Below are positions 1 through 10,599 of a DNA stretch of 64,000 nt, piece by piece; position 1 is the stretch's first letter, and each line of letters starts with the position of its first letter. A program made the position numbers and the translations under genes. Below the pieces are notes generated by a model that did no database searches, was not told where the DNA came from, and saw nothing but the letters and a program-made list of their open reading frames with translations. The DNA is from Abditibacteriaceae bacterium (GTDB taxonomy: Bacteria > Armatimonadota > Abditibacteriia > Abditibacteriales > Abditibacteriaceae), in the NCBI GenBank assembly GCA_965277285.1, contig OZ255721.1, positions 3,552,001 to 3,616,000 of the forward strand, given 5' to 3'.

Positions 1-437
1 CCGACCGGACGGCGCACGCCTTTGTGACCATCAACGGCGAAGTCGCGCGGCAGAGAATGAATAATTTCGCGGTCGCGCGGCACGTCCATCGCCGCGGCGT
101 GCATGACACGCTCCACATCGTCTTCGGTAACGACGCCCGCTTCGCCGGAAATCGTGACAGTTCCTTTGCGATTGGCCGATTGAATATGTTCGCCGGTCAC
201 GCCGGCGACGACTTGCTCGACGTGAATTCCGGCCATGTGGCCGGCGCGCTCGACCGAATCGCGGATGGCGGAAACCGTGTCATCGACATCGACGACGACG
301 CCTTTTTTGACGCCGCGAGAAGGCGCGATGCCGACGCCCGCAATCGTGATGCGACCTTGCGCATCGCCGTGCCCGATAACGGTGCAGACTTTGGTCGTCC
401 CAATATCCAACCCGACCACGACATCCTCGCGCGCCAC
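1..437 (-). CDS. ftsA: Cell division protein FtsA (N-terminal part, runs off window start)
   Basis: Not in ORF track. Minus-strand reading from GTG at 437 (AGGAG upstream) gives MAREDVVVGLDIGTTKVCTVIG...SRGVKKGVVVD, the FtsA N-terminal motif. Lies downstream of ftsQ in the dcw cluster. Confidence 0.9.
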   Translation of the reverse strand, partial: MAREDVVVGLDIGTTKVCTVIGHGDAQGRITIAGVGIAPSRGVKKGVVVDVDDTVSAIRDSVERAGHMAGIHVEQVVAGVTGEHIQSANRKGTVTISGEAGVVTEDDVERVMHAAAMDVPRDREIIHSLPRDFAVDGHKGVRRPV

Positions 438-584
438 GTCATTCTCCTGCCTAATATTGCGATGAAACAGCGTCTACACACTGCTTGACACCATTTCTAA
501 ACTGGCGCATCGAGTACTCGATGCGCCGAAAAAGGGCGCCAAACGCGCGCCCTTCGTGAAATTTATAACATTTTATCGCGCACT

Positions 585-1049
585 TTAGCGAATCGCTTCG
601 GCGCCACGTTCGGGCAAAGTTTCAGTTTCTCTGTCGGCGTTTTCAAGGTCGCGTCCACGATGCGATTGGCGTAGCCTCCAGCGTTGAATCAAAATACGCC
701 GCAGCACCGCCAGGTTATTGAAAATGCGCGAGCCGAAAACCACCACCGCTGCGATCAGCATCGCCGAAACGCGCTGCTCACCCACGCCGGTTTCCAAACC
801 TAATCGTTCGCCAAAAACCACCAATCCGCCCGCCAGCAACGCGTTCACGAAAAAACCGGAAACGAAAACTACGTCGTCGAAGTCGTCCATCAGGTGCGCG
901 CGCAAGCCGCCCAAAACGGTATCGAATCCGGCCAGAACAGCGATGGCAGTATAACGCGCGATGGCGTCATTCGCCGCGTAGGTGCCACCCGGCAGCCAGT
1001 AAATGAGGGCGAAACCCAGCGCGAGAGCGGCAAGAGGAAGCAGAATCAT
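585..1049 (-). CDS. Small basic protein / DUF1290 family membrane protein
   Basis: YTAIAVLAGFDTVLGGLRA...FVSGFFVNALLA...VVFGSRIFNNLA pattern; DUF881-DUF1290-ftsA synteny. Confidence 0.8.
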   Translation of the reverse strand: MILLPLAALALGFALIYWLPGGTYAANDAIARYTAIAVLAGFDTVLGGLRAHLMDDFDDVVFVSGFFVNALLAGGLVVFGERLGLETGVGEQRVSAMLIAAVVVFGSRIFNNLAVLRRILIQRWRLRQSHRGRDLENADRETETLPERGAEAIR

Positions 1050-1100
1050 GGCGAAAGCGAAAGTTGAGTTTCGAGTACTCGAAATAGGAGACAGTCAGGT

Positions 1101-1967
1101 TTATGAGACCGGTTTGGCATCTCTGAAACGTGGCGCGCCGTTGCTGGCGGGCAGCGTTAATCGGTCAATTTGCTCGGTTTTGATTTGCAACGCCGGGCCA
1201 CGCGTCGGGTCTTTCAAGTTATACAATATACCGCCCGGCATATTGACGGCTTTGTCCAGCGCTTCGGCGTTGCCAATCGCTTCAATCGTGAAAGGCGCCG
1301 CAATTGGCTGACCTTCGACTTGAATCACCGGGCCGACGCAGCGGATCGGAGTGTAGCCCGTCACGCGCGTGCCGTCGCTTTGTCCAGCGCCTTTGATGGA
1401 AATCGCTTCGGCGTTCGCCAATCGCAGTTCGTTGACGGTTTGCAGCAAATCGAAATCGTGAACGATACCGGGCAAAAAGCTGCTGGCGTCAGCGTTTTTA
1501 GCCGCATTCGGATTGTCGTCCAGCGTGATGCGAATACCTGGTCCCTTGACAGCCGTCAAACCGGCGGCCATTTGCAGATTGCTCATTTGCGCGTTCAACG
1601 CCTTGACTTGTTGGATCTGCTGCGTCGAAAGAGCGCCGCTGCTTAACAGTTTCTGGCGCAAGTTGGCGATTTGCTGGCGCGTTTTTTCGCTTTCCTGCGC
1701 CGAACGCGCCGCAGCCTGGCGCAACAAGGTCGATTGTTTTTGTTGCACAACCAGCACATCGGCCGCCTGCTGCGCTTTAATTGTTTGCTTTGCTTTCACG
1801 TCTTGCGCGCTTTTCACCGCGCGCAACTGCATCGCCAGAGCTGCGCCAAACACGAAACAAATGCCGGTCAGCGAAACCAGCCACGTATTGGCGCGACGAG
1901 ACACGCGCGGCGCCGCAGCATTGGCCGTCACACTTCCCAAAGGCGTTGAAGAATACCGAGTACTCAT
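1101..1967 (-). CDS. DUF881 family division-associated protein
   Basis: TM segment and coiled coil, then GLTAVKGPGIRITLDD, IVHDFDLLQTVNELRLANAEAISI and PFTIEAIGN motifs. Confidence 0.85.
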   Translation of the reverse strand: MSTRYSSTPLGSVTANAAAPRVSRRANTWLVSLTGICFVFGAALAMQLRAVKSAQDVKAKQTIKAQQAADVLVVQQKQSTLLRQAAARSAQESEKTRQQIANLRQKLLSSGALSTQQIQQVKALNAQMSNLQMAAGLTAVKGPGIRITLDDNPNAAKNADASSFLPGIVHDFDLLQTVNELRLANAEAISIKGAGQSDGTRVTGYTPIRCVGPVIQVEGQPIAAPFTIEAIGNAEALDKAVNMPGGILYNLKDPTRGPALQIKTEQIDRLTLPASNGAPRFRDAKPVS

Positions 1968-2006
1968 TGTCGCGTCACCATCCAGAAAAGAACGAAAAGG
2001 AACAAA

Positions 2007-3260
2007 TTAGCCGCTGCGAAGGTTCGCGCTCGTCGGTTGCGCACCCGAAGTTTGCAATGGTATAGCCGACGCGCGAGGCGTCCACACCGGCATCGCATAG
2101 GTTATCAAATTGAGTACGATAGCGCGTCGTCCGCTGGCCTGCAAATAATCGAGCGATTGGCGCGCGCGACCTAACTTTTGCGCCCACTCTTCGCCGCCCA
2201 ATTGCACCAAAGTCGCGTCGTGAAAACCGCCTGCTAAACGCACCGAAGCAAAGCCATGTTCATCAAAATAAATACGCTTCAAATTCCACGCTTTGCCCGC
2301 AGATCGCTGTTGCGACAGCAATTGTACGAACTGTGTGACACGCGTCCACGCGTCTTTATCAAGAGGTTTGCCGAAGGTCGGCGCCCACGCCGCATCGTAA
2401 ATTGCGTCCAGTTTGCTGTCCTCGTCGCGAGCTTTGCGAAAAGGTACGCCATCTTCGTCTGCGACCCACCACGAACGTTCGTTTCCGACGCGAACAAACG
2501 CTTTGCGCTCCACAATAGAAATCGTCATTTGCGGTGGCCACGTCGCCAAACGCCGAATGCGCGCTTCCTTCACGACCGGCAAAGCAATCAACTTCGCAAC
2601 CGCGTCTTTGGTGCGCGCGCGAAAAATATTCTGCCCGACAAATTGCGCTTGAATCTTTTCGAGAACCGAAGGCGAAACCAAATGCGCGCCTTCCACTTGA
2701 ACGCTGCGAACTTCCATTTCAGGACGCGTTAAGGCCAGGCCAACGCACAAAATTCCCAATATGCCCGCCATCGTCCACGTCAGGCGGCGTACGCGTTTCC
2801 AATTCGGATTGTTGCGGTCGCGGCGCGCTGCCTGCAAATCCGCTTTGCGTTGTAACTCAGCGCGTCGCTCTTGCACCGCGCGTTCACTGTGACTCGGCGC
2901 ATCTTTGTCTACGGAAGGTGTTGCGACTTTGGCGGCTGCGACTTTGGCGGCTGCGACTTCCGCCACGTTCGCGTTTGTTGCTTTGTCTGATTCGGTATCG
3001 GGCACCAACATGACGTGGCCGTGCGTTGGAAAACCGTGCGCATCGTGCGTCGCCTGGCGAAACATTGCGGAGCGCGATTTCAGGCGCGCCGCGCGTTCGT
3101 GTTCGATTTGCTCGGCTTCACGCGCGGCTTCTTGTTCCGCTTTCTGCTGCGGCGTCAAAAGCGGCGCGGCCTGAGCTTCGCGCAATTGCGCTTCGCGCGC
3201 CAGGCGACGTTTGCGCGCCGGATAGCCGCCATAATCAATCGGGCCACGAATCGGTTTCAT
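2007..3260 (-). CDS. ftsQ: Cell division protein FtsQ/DivIB with long N-terminal extension
   Basis: Single TM followed by a POTRA-like region (VRSVQVEGAHLVS...LPVVKEARIRR..WPPQMTISIVER); directly follows ddl. Confidence 0.75.
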   Translation of the reverse strand: MKPIRGPIDYGGYPARKRRLAREAQLREAQAAPLLTPQQKAEQEAAREAEQIEHERAARLKSRSAMFRQATHDAHGFPTHGHVMLVPDTESDKATNANVAEVAAAKVAAAKVATPSVDKDAPSHSERAVQERRAELQRKADLQAARRDRNNPNWKRVRRLTWTMAGILGILCVGLALTRPEMEVRSVQVEGAHLVSPSVLEKIQAQFVGQNIFRARTKDAVAKLIALPVVKEARIRRLATWPPQMTISIVERKAFVRVGNERSWWVADEDGVPFRKARDEDSKLDAIYDAAWAPTFGKPLDKDAWTRVTQFVQLLSQQRSAGKAWNLKRIYFDEHGFASVRLAGGFHDATLVQLGGEEWAQKLGRARQSLDYLQASGRRAIVLNLITYAMPVWTPRASAIPLQTSGAQPTSANLRSG

Positions 3261-4285
3261 CGGTTTTCTCCCGCCACATCTTTCATTCGAGTACTCGATT
3301 GCTGTAACAAGGCGCCTTCGACCAAACTTTGAATCAATTGTGGAAATTCAATTCCCGCAGCGCGCGCCGCATCCGGCACCAAACTCGTCGCAGTCATGCC
3401 AGGCAAAGTGTTAATTTCTAAAAACACCGACGTACCGTCGCTTTGCACCAGAAAGTCGGAGCGCGACACGCCGCGACATCCCAAAATGCGATGTGCCTTG
3501 AGCGCGTCTTCTTGAATGCGCTTCTGAACGTCTTCGCTCAGTCGTGGCGGAATCAAATGCTGCGAACCACCGCTGGCATACTTCGCCTGGAAATCGTAAA
3601 AACCGCCATTGCTTTGCGGCACAATTTCGATGACCGGCAAAGCGCGCGCGTTCTCGCCTTCGCCCATGATCGGCGCCGTTACTTCCACGCCTTCGATCAG
3701 TTCTTCCACCAACGCCGTGCCGCCATCGGACAGCGCACTTTGTAAGGCTTGACGCCATTTTTCGCGGTCGCTTGTGTCTTGCAAAATTGTGACGCCGACC
3801 GATGAACCGCCATGATTCGGCTTGACAACGCAGGCGCCATCAAATGGCGGCGCAGCGTTTTCGTCTTCGGTAATTGCGCCGCGCGGCACTGTCAAACCTT
3901 CGTCGCGCATCAACAATTTGCACAATTGCTTATCCATGGCAATCGTCGAACCGCGCGGCGGCGTGCCGACATACGGCAAACCGGCGATTTCGAGCACGGC
4001 TTGCAGCGTCCCATCTTCGCCCCAGCCGCCATGCAGTGCGGACAAAACGACATCGAAGTCTTCTAAAGCCAAGATCAAATCGCGCCAAAAAATAAATTCT
4101 GCATCTTCAACGTCTTCGCGCGGTTCAGAAGCGACATCGAAGAGACAAACAAAAAAACGCGCATCGTTCAACGCGTCGCGCATCGCCTGACCCGTCTTGA
4201 GAGAAATCGCGCGCTCGGATGAATCGCCGCCTAACAGCAGCGCCACGCGAATCGGATTTTGATGGGGAGGAAAACCGTTGTTCAT
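3257..4285 (-). CDS. ddl: D-alanine--D-alanine ligase
   Basis: GGDSSERAISL, LHGGWGEDGTLQ, GSSVGV, FYDFQAKY and LEINTLPGMT motifs. Confidence 0.95.
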   Translation of the reverse strand: MNNGFPPHQNPIRVALLLGGDSSERAISLKTGQAMRDALNDARFFVCLFDVASEPREDVEDAEFIFWRDLILALEDFDVVLSALHGGWGEDGTLQAVLEIAGLPYVGTPPRGSTIAMDKQLCKLLMRDEGLTVPRGAITEDENAAPPFDGACVVKPNHGGSSVGVTILQDTSDREKWRQALQSALSDGGTALVEELIEGVEVTAPIMGEGENARALPVIEIVPQSNGGFYDFQAKYASGGSQHLIPPRLSEDVQKRIQEDALKAHRILGCRGVSRSDFLVQSDGTSVFLEINTLPGMTATSLVPDAARAAGIEFPQLIQSLVEGALLQQSSTRMKDVAGENR

Positions 4286-4341
4286 TATGTATTCGTTGAC
4301 AAGACCTATCCGCTGGCAAGGCCGCTGATTTTGGTAATGTT

Positions 4342-4587
4342 TTACTTGTTCTTATTTTTATTTTTGAGGCTGACCCAGAATGCGACCAAGCCGCAGCCAA
4401 GCGTAGCCACGATGATAGACAAGTTGGCTTGCCGCAAGAAAACACTTGTGTCGAAACGGGCGTTGTGCTTCGAGTTCATCAACAGCAGGCACATTGAGAG
4501 CGCGCTTCCTATCACCAGAGCCAATGCGCTGGCGGCGATTCCCTTAGCAAGGCTGGCGGCAACAGTTCCAAGTTTCCCTTTGTTCAT
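4342..4587 (-). CDS. Small hypothetical membrane protein inserted between murB and ddl
   Basis: 81-aa ORF with two hydrophobic segments and a GGAG upstream; composition differs from neighbours. Confidence 0.5.
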   Translation of the reverse strand: MNKGKLGTVAASLAKGIAASALALVIGSALSMCLLLMNSKHNARFDTSVFLRQANLSIIVATLGCGLVAFWVSLKNKNKNK

Positions 4588-4735
4588 CTCGGCTCCCTGA
4601 ATCCTGAATCACGTAATTCATTGCACCACCAAGCCACGCGCAAAGAAAGCGGGTTCAATTTCTCGATTTCGGCCATCGCTTCGGTTTATGCTCGACTTAT
4701 GAAAGCGATTTATTGTAATTCTTCGCGCGTCTCGA

Positions 4736-5680
4736 TTAATCTAACAAACGCACCTCGCGCTCCAACTGAATACCGCGCGCATCGAGTACGCGATGTTCGA
4801 CTTTCGCCAGCAATTGTCGCACATCGTCGCCCGTCGCGCCGCCTGCATTGATGACGAAGTTACCGTGTAGCGTGCTAACTTGCGCGCCGCCGACTTGCAA
4901 ACCTTTCAAACCCAGTTGTTCGACCAACTGTCCGGCGCTGGCGCAACCTTCGACTTTCGGGTTTTTCCAGGCGCAACCCGCAGAAGCCGCGCTGACAGGC
5001 TGCGTTTCGCGCCGGATGCGCAACAATTCGGCGACCGCCTCCTGATGAACTTTCGCCTGCGCTTCGCTCAACGGCTTCAAGGCGAAAGTCGCTTCCGTGA
5101 CAACCATTTCGCCCAGAGACGAGCGACGATAAGAAAACTCCAATTCGCGCTTTTCGAGTACTCGACGCGTGCCACTGCGGTCGAAAACCGCCACAGAAAC
5201 CAGATCGGCTTGCGCGTCACGACCTTCAAAACCCTCGCCATTGAAGCCGCGCGAACCGGCATTGCCCCAGACCGAGCCGCCGACCGCGCCCGGAATACCG
5301 CACGCCCATTCAAAGTTGCCCAGACGATTTTTCAAGGCGACCTTGGTCAGAACCGGCAATAACATCGCGCCGCCCGCAATCAAGCGATTGTCTTCGACAC
5401 GATGCCACGCGAAACCCGAACCCAATTTCAAAACCAGGCCGTCAAAACCCACATCACTGGGAACCATATTCGAGCCGTTGCCCAAATTTTGAACGCGCAC
5501 ACCATCTTTTTTGGCGGCCTGCAAAACCGCCACAAGTTCGTCTTCGCTGTTCGGCAACGCCATCCAGCGCGCCGCGCCGCCGACTTTAATCGTGGTGTGG
5601 CGCGACAACATTTCGCCGTGTAAGGCCACATCGTCCAGCATATATCGAGTACTCGAAAGAGGTGAAAACGTCGAAGTCAT
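4736..5680 (-). CDS. murB: UDP-N-acetylenolpyruvoylglucosamine reductase
   Basis: HTTIKVGGAA, LGNGSN, GIPGAVGG, SAGCAWKNP, HGNFVINAG and LEREVR motifs; start moved to ATG at 5680, just after the murC stop. Confidence 0.93.
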   Translation of the reverse strand: MTSTFSPLSSTRYMLDDVALHGEMLSRHTTIKVGGAARWMALPNSEDELVAVLQAAKKDGVRVQNLGNGSNMVPSDVGFDGLVLKLGSGFAWHRVEDNRLIAGGAMLLPVLTKVALKNRLGNFEWACGIPGAVGGSVWGNAGSRGFNGEGFEGRDAQADLVSVAVFDRSGTRRVLEKRELEFSYRRSSLGEMVVTEATFALKPLSEAQAKVHQEAVAELLRIRRETQPVSAASAGCAWKNPKVEGCASAGQLVEQLGLKGLQVGGAQVSTLHGNFVINAGGATGDDVRQLLAKVEHRVLDARGIQLEREVRLLD

Positions 5681-5694
5681 GGAATGCAGAAGAA

Positions 5695-7161
5695 TTAGGG
5701 AGCAGCAGCGGTTTGTTGCGATTCTTTGTCTTTCAAGTCGCGCAGCAACAGCGGCGGCAACGTTGTAATATCTCCTGCGCCCAGACAAATTACGGCGTCG
5801 CCTGGCTGCGCCATTTCCATCACAAGAGCGCGCGCTTGCTCCAAGTTTTCTGCGTAGCGCACATCTTTGCCAGGAAACGTTTGGCAGACGGCATCGAAGA
5901 CAATCCTGCCGCTGACACCAGGAATCGGTTCTTCCCACGCCGAATAAAGTTCGGTGATGACAATGCGATCTGCTGCGACGAAACTGGGGCCGAATTCATG
6001 TCCCATTTGCTGCGTGCGACTGTAACGATGTGGCTGAAAAACCGCCAAAATCGGGCGCTCCAAAAACTCGCGCGCCGCGTTGAGTGTGGTCGCCACCTCG
6101 GTTGGATGATGGCCGTAATCGTCGTAAATCAGGACGTGATTGGCTTCGCCGATGCGCTGAAAACGCCGCTTGACGCCATAAAAATCGGCCAGACTTTCGC
6201 CGGCGCGCGAATAAGCTTCGGGGAATTGGCCGTCTTGTGTCGTAGCGGCGCAAATGGCGGCCAGAGCGTTGGAAATATTGTGGCGTCCGGGCGCGCCCAG
6301 CGCGTAATTGCCTATGGTTTGCGGTTCGCGTCCCAGTGTATATTCCAAATCGAAGCGCGCAAAACCGCCGCCGATGGTGATATTTTTCGCCTGCAAAATG
6401 CCGTTTTTCAAGCCGTAGCTCAATTCGTTTTCGTTCGGGTCGAGCCTGGAAATCAGGCGCGTATCGTCAGCGTTGAGGATTACGGCGTCGCGCGCGTTTT
6501 CGACAAAAATGCCGAAGGCGCGCCACAGTTCGCTTTCTTGGTCTTCGTAATTTTCTAAATGCTCGGCTTCAACGTTGGTAATGACGGCGACCGAAGGCGT
6601 CAAAAGCGTGAACGAACCATCCGATTCGTCTGCTTCGACAACCACCAAGTCGTTGGAACCCAGGCGCACATTCGAGCCAAACGGCGGATATTCGGCGCCC
6701 AAAATCGCCGTCGGATTGAAGCCACATTCCACCAAAATGTGCGCGATGAGCGCGCTCGTCGTGCTTTTGCCGTGCGTGCCGGAAACCGCAATCGAACTTT
6801 CCGCGCTATTCACAAAATACGCCAAAACCTGCGCGCGATGCCATTGCGGAAGATTCTTTTCTTTGGCCGCCGCGCGTTCGGGATTGTCCTCGCTGATGGC
6901 CGAACCGAAAATTACGGCGTCGTAACTGTCGACGTTTTGCACATTGTGACCAATGACTATGCGAATGTTCGCGTCGCGCAGTTTTTGCGTCATCGCACTT
7001 TCGGTCGCATCCGAACCGCTGATTTGGTGTCCGCGCGCTTGCAGGGCAAAGGCGAGCGCGCTCATGCCGATGCCGCCGATGCCGACGAAGTGAACGCGAC
7101 GCGGCGTGTCGAAAAACGTAGTGGGAAGCGGAGCAAGTGCGTCAAAATCGCGCCAGCGCAT
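5695..7161 (-). CDS. murC: UDP-N-acetylmuramate--L-alanine ligase
   Basis: HFVGIGGIGMS, GTHGKSTT, EADESDGSF, DDYGHHPTE and FQPHRYSRT motifs. Confidence 0.96.
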   Translation of the reverse strand: MRWRDFDALAPLPTTFFDTPRRVHFVGIGGIGMSALAFALQARGHQISGSDATESAMTQKLRDANIRIVIGHNVQNVDSYDAVIFGSAISEDNPERAAAKEKNLPQWHRAQVLAYFVNSAESSIAVSGTHGKSTTSALIAHILVECGFNPTAILGAEYPPFGSNVRLGSNDLVVVEADESDGSFTLLTPSVAVITNVEAEHLENYEDQESELWRAFGIFVENARDAVILNADDTRLISRLDPNENELSYGLKNGILQAKNITIGGGFARFDLEYTLGREPQTIGNYALGAPGRHNISNALAAICAATTQDGQFPEAYSRAGESLADFYGVKRRFQRIGEANHVLIYDDYGHHPTEVATTLNAAREFLERPILAVFQPHRYSRTQQMGHEFGPSFVAADRIVITELYSAWEEPIPGVSGRIVFDAVCQTFPGKDVRYAENLEQARALVMEMAQPGDAVICLGAGDITTLPPLLLRDLKDKESQQTAAAP

Positions 7162-7411
7162 AATAAAATAAGAAACGAAGGTGCACAGATTTTAACCTTC
7201 ATCAAGCCTTTTCGCAATGTCAATTCTGCGACAATTGCGCCCATCGAGTACTCGAACTGGACAAAGACGTTTCGTTGCGTTATAATTTTGCTGTTTGCCA
7301 AAACCTCCCCGGCAAACACGGCCCAAAACTTCTCCCTCGTGCGTCAACGTTCTTTCTTCTGACCTGCGCGGCATTTCCAAAGCAGCGGGTCATATTTAGA
7401 AAACAAGGAAC

Positions 7412-8983
7412 TTGATGCAAAAGACGCATTCCACGACCGAAAACACTTCGGTCAGCCTCGCCACGACTGGCGCTAACGCGACTGGCGAAAACAACGACAC
7501 AACCACGACCAACGCCACAACTTCAACAGAAAACACCAACGAACAAGCGACAGTTCGTTTCGCAGATTTGGGACTTAACGGCAGCGTTCTCGAAAAGCTG
7601 GATCGTTTGGGTTTTGTCACGCCGACGCCGATTCAGGCCAAAGCGATTCCGATTGCTTTAACAGGCAAGGACATCACCGGCATTGCGCAAACCGGAACCG
7701 GCAAAACGCTGGCGTTCGGTCTGCCGATGTTGCAGCGTTTCATCGAAGGCAAAGGTCGCATCGGACGCGGCCTGATCATTTTGCCGACGCGCGAACTGGC
7801 GATCCAAGTCGAAGAAGTGTTGCAGCAAATCGGGCGCTCTTTCGGCTTGAAAACCGCTGTCCTGATTGGCGGCGCGCCGATTTACGCGCAACGCCAGCTT
7901 TTGAGCCGCAACCCCGACATCATCGTCGCCACGCCGGGACGCTTGATCGACCACCTGCAAAGCCGCAACGTTGATTTGCGCACCGTCGATGTTTTAGTAC
8001 TTGATGAAGCGGATCGTATGCTCGATATGGGTTTTGCGCCGCAGATCAAGCAGATTTTGCGCGAAGTGCCCGAAGATCGCCAGACGATGCTGTTTTCGGC
8101 GACGATGCCCAGCGAAATCGTCACGATTGCGGCGAATTATATGCGCAATCCGCAGCGCATCGAAATCGAGCGCGCCGGAACAACGGCTTCGCAAGTGACG
8201 CAGGAATTGTTTGTGGTTTCCAAGGAAGGCAAAAACGATCTGCTTTCCAAGTTACTGTATGACTACAAGCGCACGGTTTTGGTGTTCGCACGCACACGTT
8301 CGGGCGCTCATCGCGTGGCGCGCGTCGTCCGCGAAATGGGACATCGTTCGGCGGAAATCCACTCGGATCGTTCGCTATCGCAACGCCGCGAAGCTTTGGA
8401 TGGTTTCAAAACCGGCAAATATCGCGTCTTGATTGCGACAGACATTGCGGCGCGCGGCATTGATGTGACCGGCATTGAACTGGTCGTCAATTACGATTTG
8501 CCCGATTGCGCGGACGATTACGTGCATCGCATCGGGCGCACCGGACGCGCTGGCGAAACCGGACACGCCGTTTCGTTCGCCACGCCCGACCAGGCGAGCG
8601 ACGTGCGCGACATCGAAAAATCGATTCGCGCCGAATTGCCGATGAGCGAGAACTCGCCTTTACAATTGGAACGATTGGCGGCGCCCGCGCGACGTGGCAG
8701 TTCGCGTCGTGGAAACGGCGGTTATGCGCGCCCGAACAACGCCAATCGCGCCGGTTCATATCGCGGTGGCAGCGGCGGATCGAGTACTCGAAGCAACGGC
8801 GACAACCTCGCGTTGACGCCCGCCGAACGCGAACGTCAACGCACTTCGCAAACGCGTAGCGAAGCGCCCAAACCGCGCGCGCCGCACGGTTTGAATTACA
8901 GTTCTGGCGGTTCCGACTTGCGCCCGACCAATCCGCGCCGCAAGTTCTACGGCGGCGAAATCGCGGAACGCAGCGCCAAGTAA
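7412..8983 (+). CDS. DEAD-box ATP-dependent RNA helicase (RhlE-like)
   Basis: PTPIQ, AQTGTGKT, PTRELA, TPGRL, DEAD, SAT, ARGID and HRIGRTGR motifs; basic C-terminal tail. Confidence 0.95.
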   Translation: MMQKTHSTTENTSVSLATTGANATGENNDTTTTNATTSTENTNEQATVRFADLGLNGSVLEKLDRLGFVTPTPIQAKAIPIALTGKDITGIAQTGTGKTLAFGLPMLQRFIEGKGRIGRGLIILPTRELAIQVEEVLQQIGRSFGLKTAVLIGGAPIYAQRQLLSRNPDIIVATPGRLIDHLQSRNVDLRTVDVLVLDEADRMLDMGFAPQIKQILREVPEDRQTMLFSATMPSEIVTIAANYMRNPQRIEIERAGTTASQVTQELFVVSKEGKNDLLSKLLYDYKRTVLVFARTRSGAHRVARVVREMGHRSAEIHSDRSLSQRREALDGFKTGKYRVLIATDIAARGIDVTGIELVVNYDLPDCADDYVHRIGRTGRAGETGHAVSFATPDQASDVRDIEKSIRAELPMSENSPLQLERLAAPARRGSSRRGNGGYARPNNANRAGSYRGGSGGSSTRSNGDNLALTPAERERQRTSQTRSEAPKPRAPHGLNYSSGGSDLRPTNPRRKFYGGEIAERSAK

Positions 8984-8996
8984 ATCGGTTGAACGG

Positions 8997-9037
8997 AAAA
9001 GCGCGGTTCTTTCTTTCGAGAAGGTGCCGCGCTTTTT
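8997..9037 (+). terminator. Rho-independent terminator after DEAD-box helicase
   Basis: AAAAGCGCGG...CCGCGCTTTTT hairpin with T-run. Confidence 0.65.
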
Positions 9038-9062
9038 GTTATGTTGTGAACTGGAATTTGGT

Positions 9063-9130
9063 TGTAGGGGCGTCAGCTTGCTGCGCCCGTGTTCAAACGT
9101 AAGTGGGCGCAGCAAGCTGACGCCCCTACA
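9063..9130. repeat. REP-like inverted doublet (GTAG-headed)
   Basis: TGTAGGGGCGTCAGCTTGCTGCGCCC ... GGGCGCAGCAAGCTGACGCCCCTACA perfect inverted repeat. Confidence 0.75.
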
Positions 9131-9172
9131 GAACGCGACCCTTAATATCGAGTACTCAAACGGAGATGAAAA

Positions 9173-9730
9173 ATGCTGGCGGCGCGAATCGCAGGACGTG
9201 TGTTGTCACGGACGATCAGTTTCGGCTTCAAAGGCGCGTTGGTGATGGCCATTGCGGGAGTTTTCGAGGGCTTTGTTTTTGGAATTGCCTTCGATTTTGT
9301 GCCGCGTCCTCATCCAGAGGAAATGGACGGTTCGCAAATGGGCGCCCTACTAATGCTGTTTCTGGGTTTCGTGACTAGTCTTCTGGTTTTTTCTATTGCG
9401 GGCGTCTTGACGAGTCGGCGCAATGATGTTCGCAGTCATTTCACAAAAATGTGTCGAAGCGCGGTTGTTGGAAGTTGCGTTGGAATCCTTGTTGGCACTG
9501 TTTGTTTTACGTCTCTCTTTGCGATGTTGACATGGCTGACGGCTGGAAGTTTCCTGCCTGTTCCCGCGCGGTCGCTCTGGCTGTCTGCTGGAAATATCCA
9601 GGCCAGCGCGTTTATGGGATATTTGATCGGCGTTCCACTTGGCTTCATACTTGGAACTTCGCTTGGTGCCTGGCGTGGCGCTGTAAACTCAATCAAACAC
9701 GAATCGAGTACTCGAATGGAAACGAATTAA
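9173..9730 (+). CDS. Hypothetical multi-pass membrane protein
   Basis: Several Gly-rich hydrophobic helices; ends 1 nt before queC start. Confidence 0.6.
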   Translation: MLAARIAGRVLSRTISFGFKGALVMAIAGVFEGFVFGIAFDFVPRPHPEEMDGSQMGALLMLFLGFVTSLLVFSIAGVLTSRRNDVRSHFTKMCRSAVVGSCVGILVGTVCFTSLFAMLTWLTAGSFLPVPARSLWLSAGNIQASAFMGYLIGVPLGFILGTSLGAWRGAVNSIKHESSTRMETN

Positions 9731-9731
9731 G

Positions 9732-10406
9732 ATGAATTCAAAGAAAGCGATTGCGATTGTCAGCGGTGGTTTGGATTCGGTGACGCTGGCGCATCTTCTC
9801 CACAGCGAAGGCTGGAAGTTGCACTTATTGGCCTACGATTACGGACAGCGCCACGCCAAAGAATTGGAGTTCGCGCGCGAATGTGCGACGCGTTTGGACG
9901 CAGAAATTTCCGTCGTCGATTTGTCGGCTTTGAAAAATGTGTTGCACGGTTCGGCTTTGACGGACGACATCGAAGTTCCGCATGGACATTACGCGGCGCC
10001 TTCGATGGCGATCACGATTGTGCCCAACCGCAACGCGATTATGTTGAGCGTCGCGTATGGCGCCGCCGTCGCGGACATGGCGGAACGCGTGGCGATTGGC
10101 GTTCATGCGGGCGATCATTTCATTTATCCCGATTGCCGCGCGCCGTTCATCGAAAGTTTCGACGCGATGCAAAAGTTAGCGGTCGAAGGTTGCGGAAATT
10201 CCGATCTGCATCTTTACGCGCCATTTATCGAGTACTCGAAAGCCGATATTGTGCGCAAAGGCGCCAGCTTGAACGTGCCTTTTGAAAGAACGTGGAGTTG
10301 CTACGAAGGCGGCGAAATTCATTGCGGCGAATGCGGCACCTGCGTCGAACGCAAAGAAGCGTTTGCACTGGCGCAGGTTTCCGATCCGACAGCATATCGA
10401 AATTGA
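9732..10406 (+). CDS. queC: 7-cyano-7-deazaguanine synthase
   Basis: SGGLDS, YGQRH, VPNRN, YPDCR, TWSCY and HCGECGTC motifs. Confidence 0.96.
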   Translation: MNSKKAIAIVSGGLDSVTLAHLLHSEGWKLHLLAYDYGQRHAKELEFARECATRLDAEISVVDLSALKNVLHGSALTDDIEVPHGHYAAPSMAITIVPNRNAIMLSVAYGAAVADMAERVAIGVHAGDHFIYPDCRAPFIESFDAMQKLAVEGCGNSDLHLYAPFIEYSKADIVRKGASLNVPFERTWSCYEGGEIHCGECGTCVERKEAFALAQVSDPTAYRN

Positions 10407-10594
10407 ACCGCGAAGAGCGCGAAGGACGCGAAGAAAAAGAAGAGAATGAAATCGTCGTAAAAGTTTGTCATTCTGAGCGCAGCGAAGAATCTAACTTCAG
10501 CCAGATTCGTCGCTCCGCTCAGAATGACAAAGCCTTACTTTCGAGTACTCAATTCTTTTTCCTCTTCGCGCGCTTCGTGTCCTTTGCGGTGAAT
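10405..10594. repeat. Composite intergenic repeat: outer ACCGCGAAG..CGCGAAG inverted repeat enclosing a GTCATTCTGAG hairpin (10464-10531)
   Basis: Both layers are inverted repeats; a similar arrangement recurs at ~27230-27412 and ~58065-58244. Confidence 0.75.
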
Positions 10595-10599
10595 CATTC

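Noticed and set aside
24..488. Plus-strand 154-aa ORF in the track
   Set aside because: Antisense shadow of ftsA, which reads with canonical motifs on the minus strand
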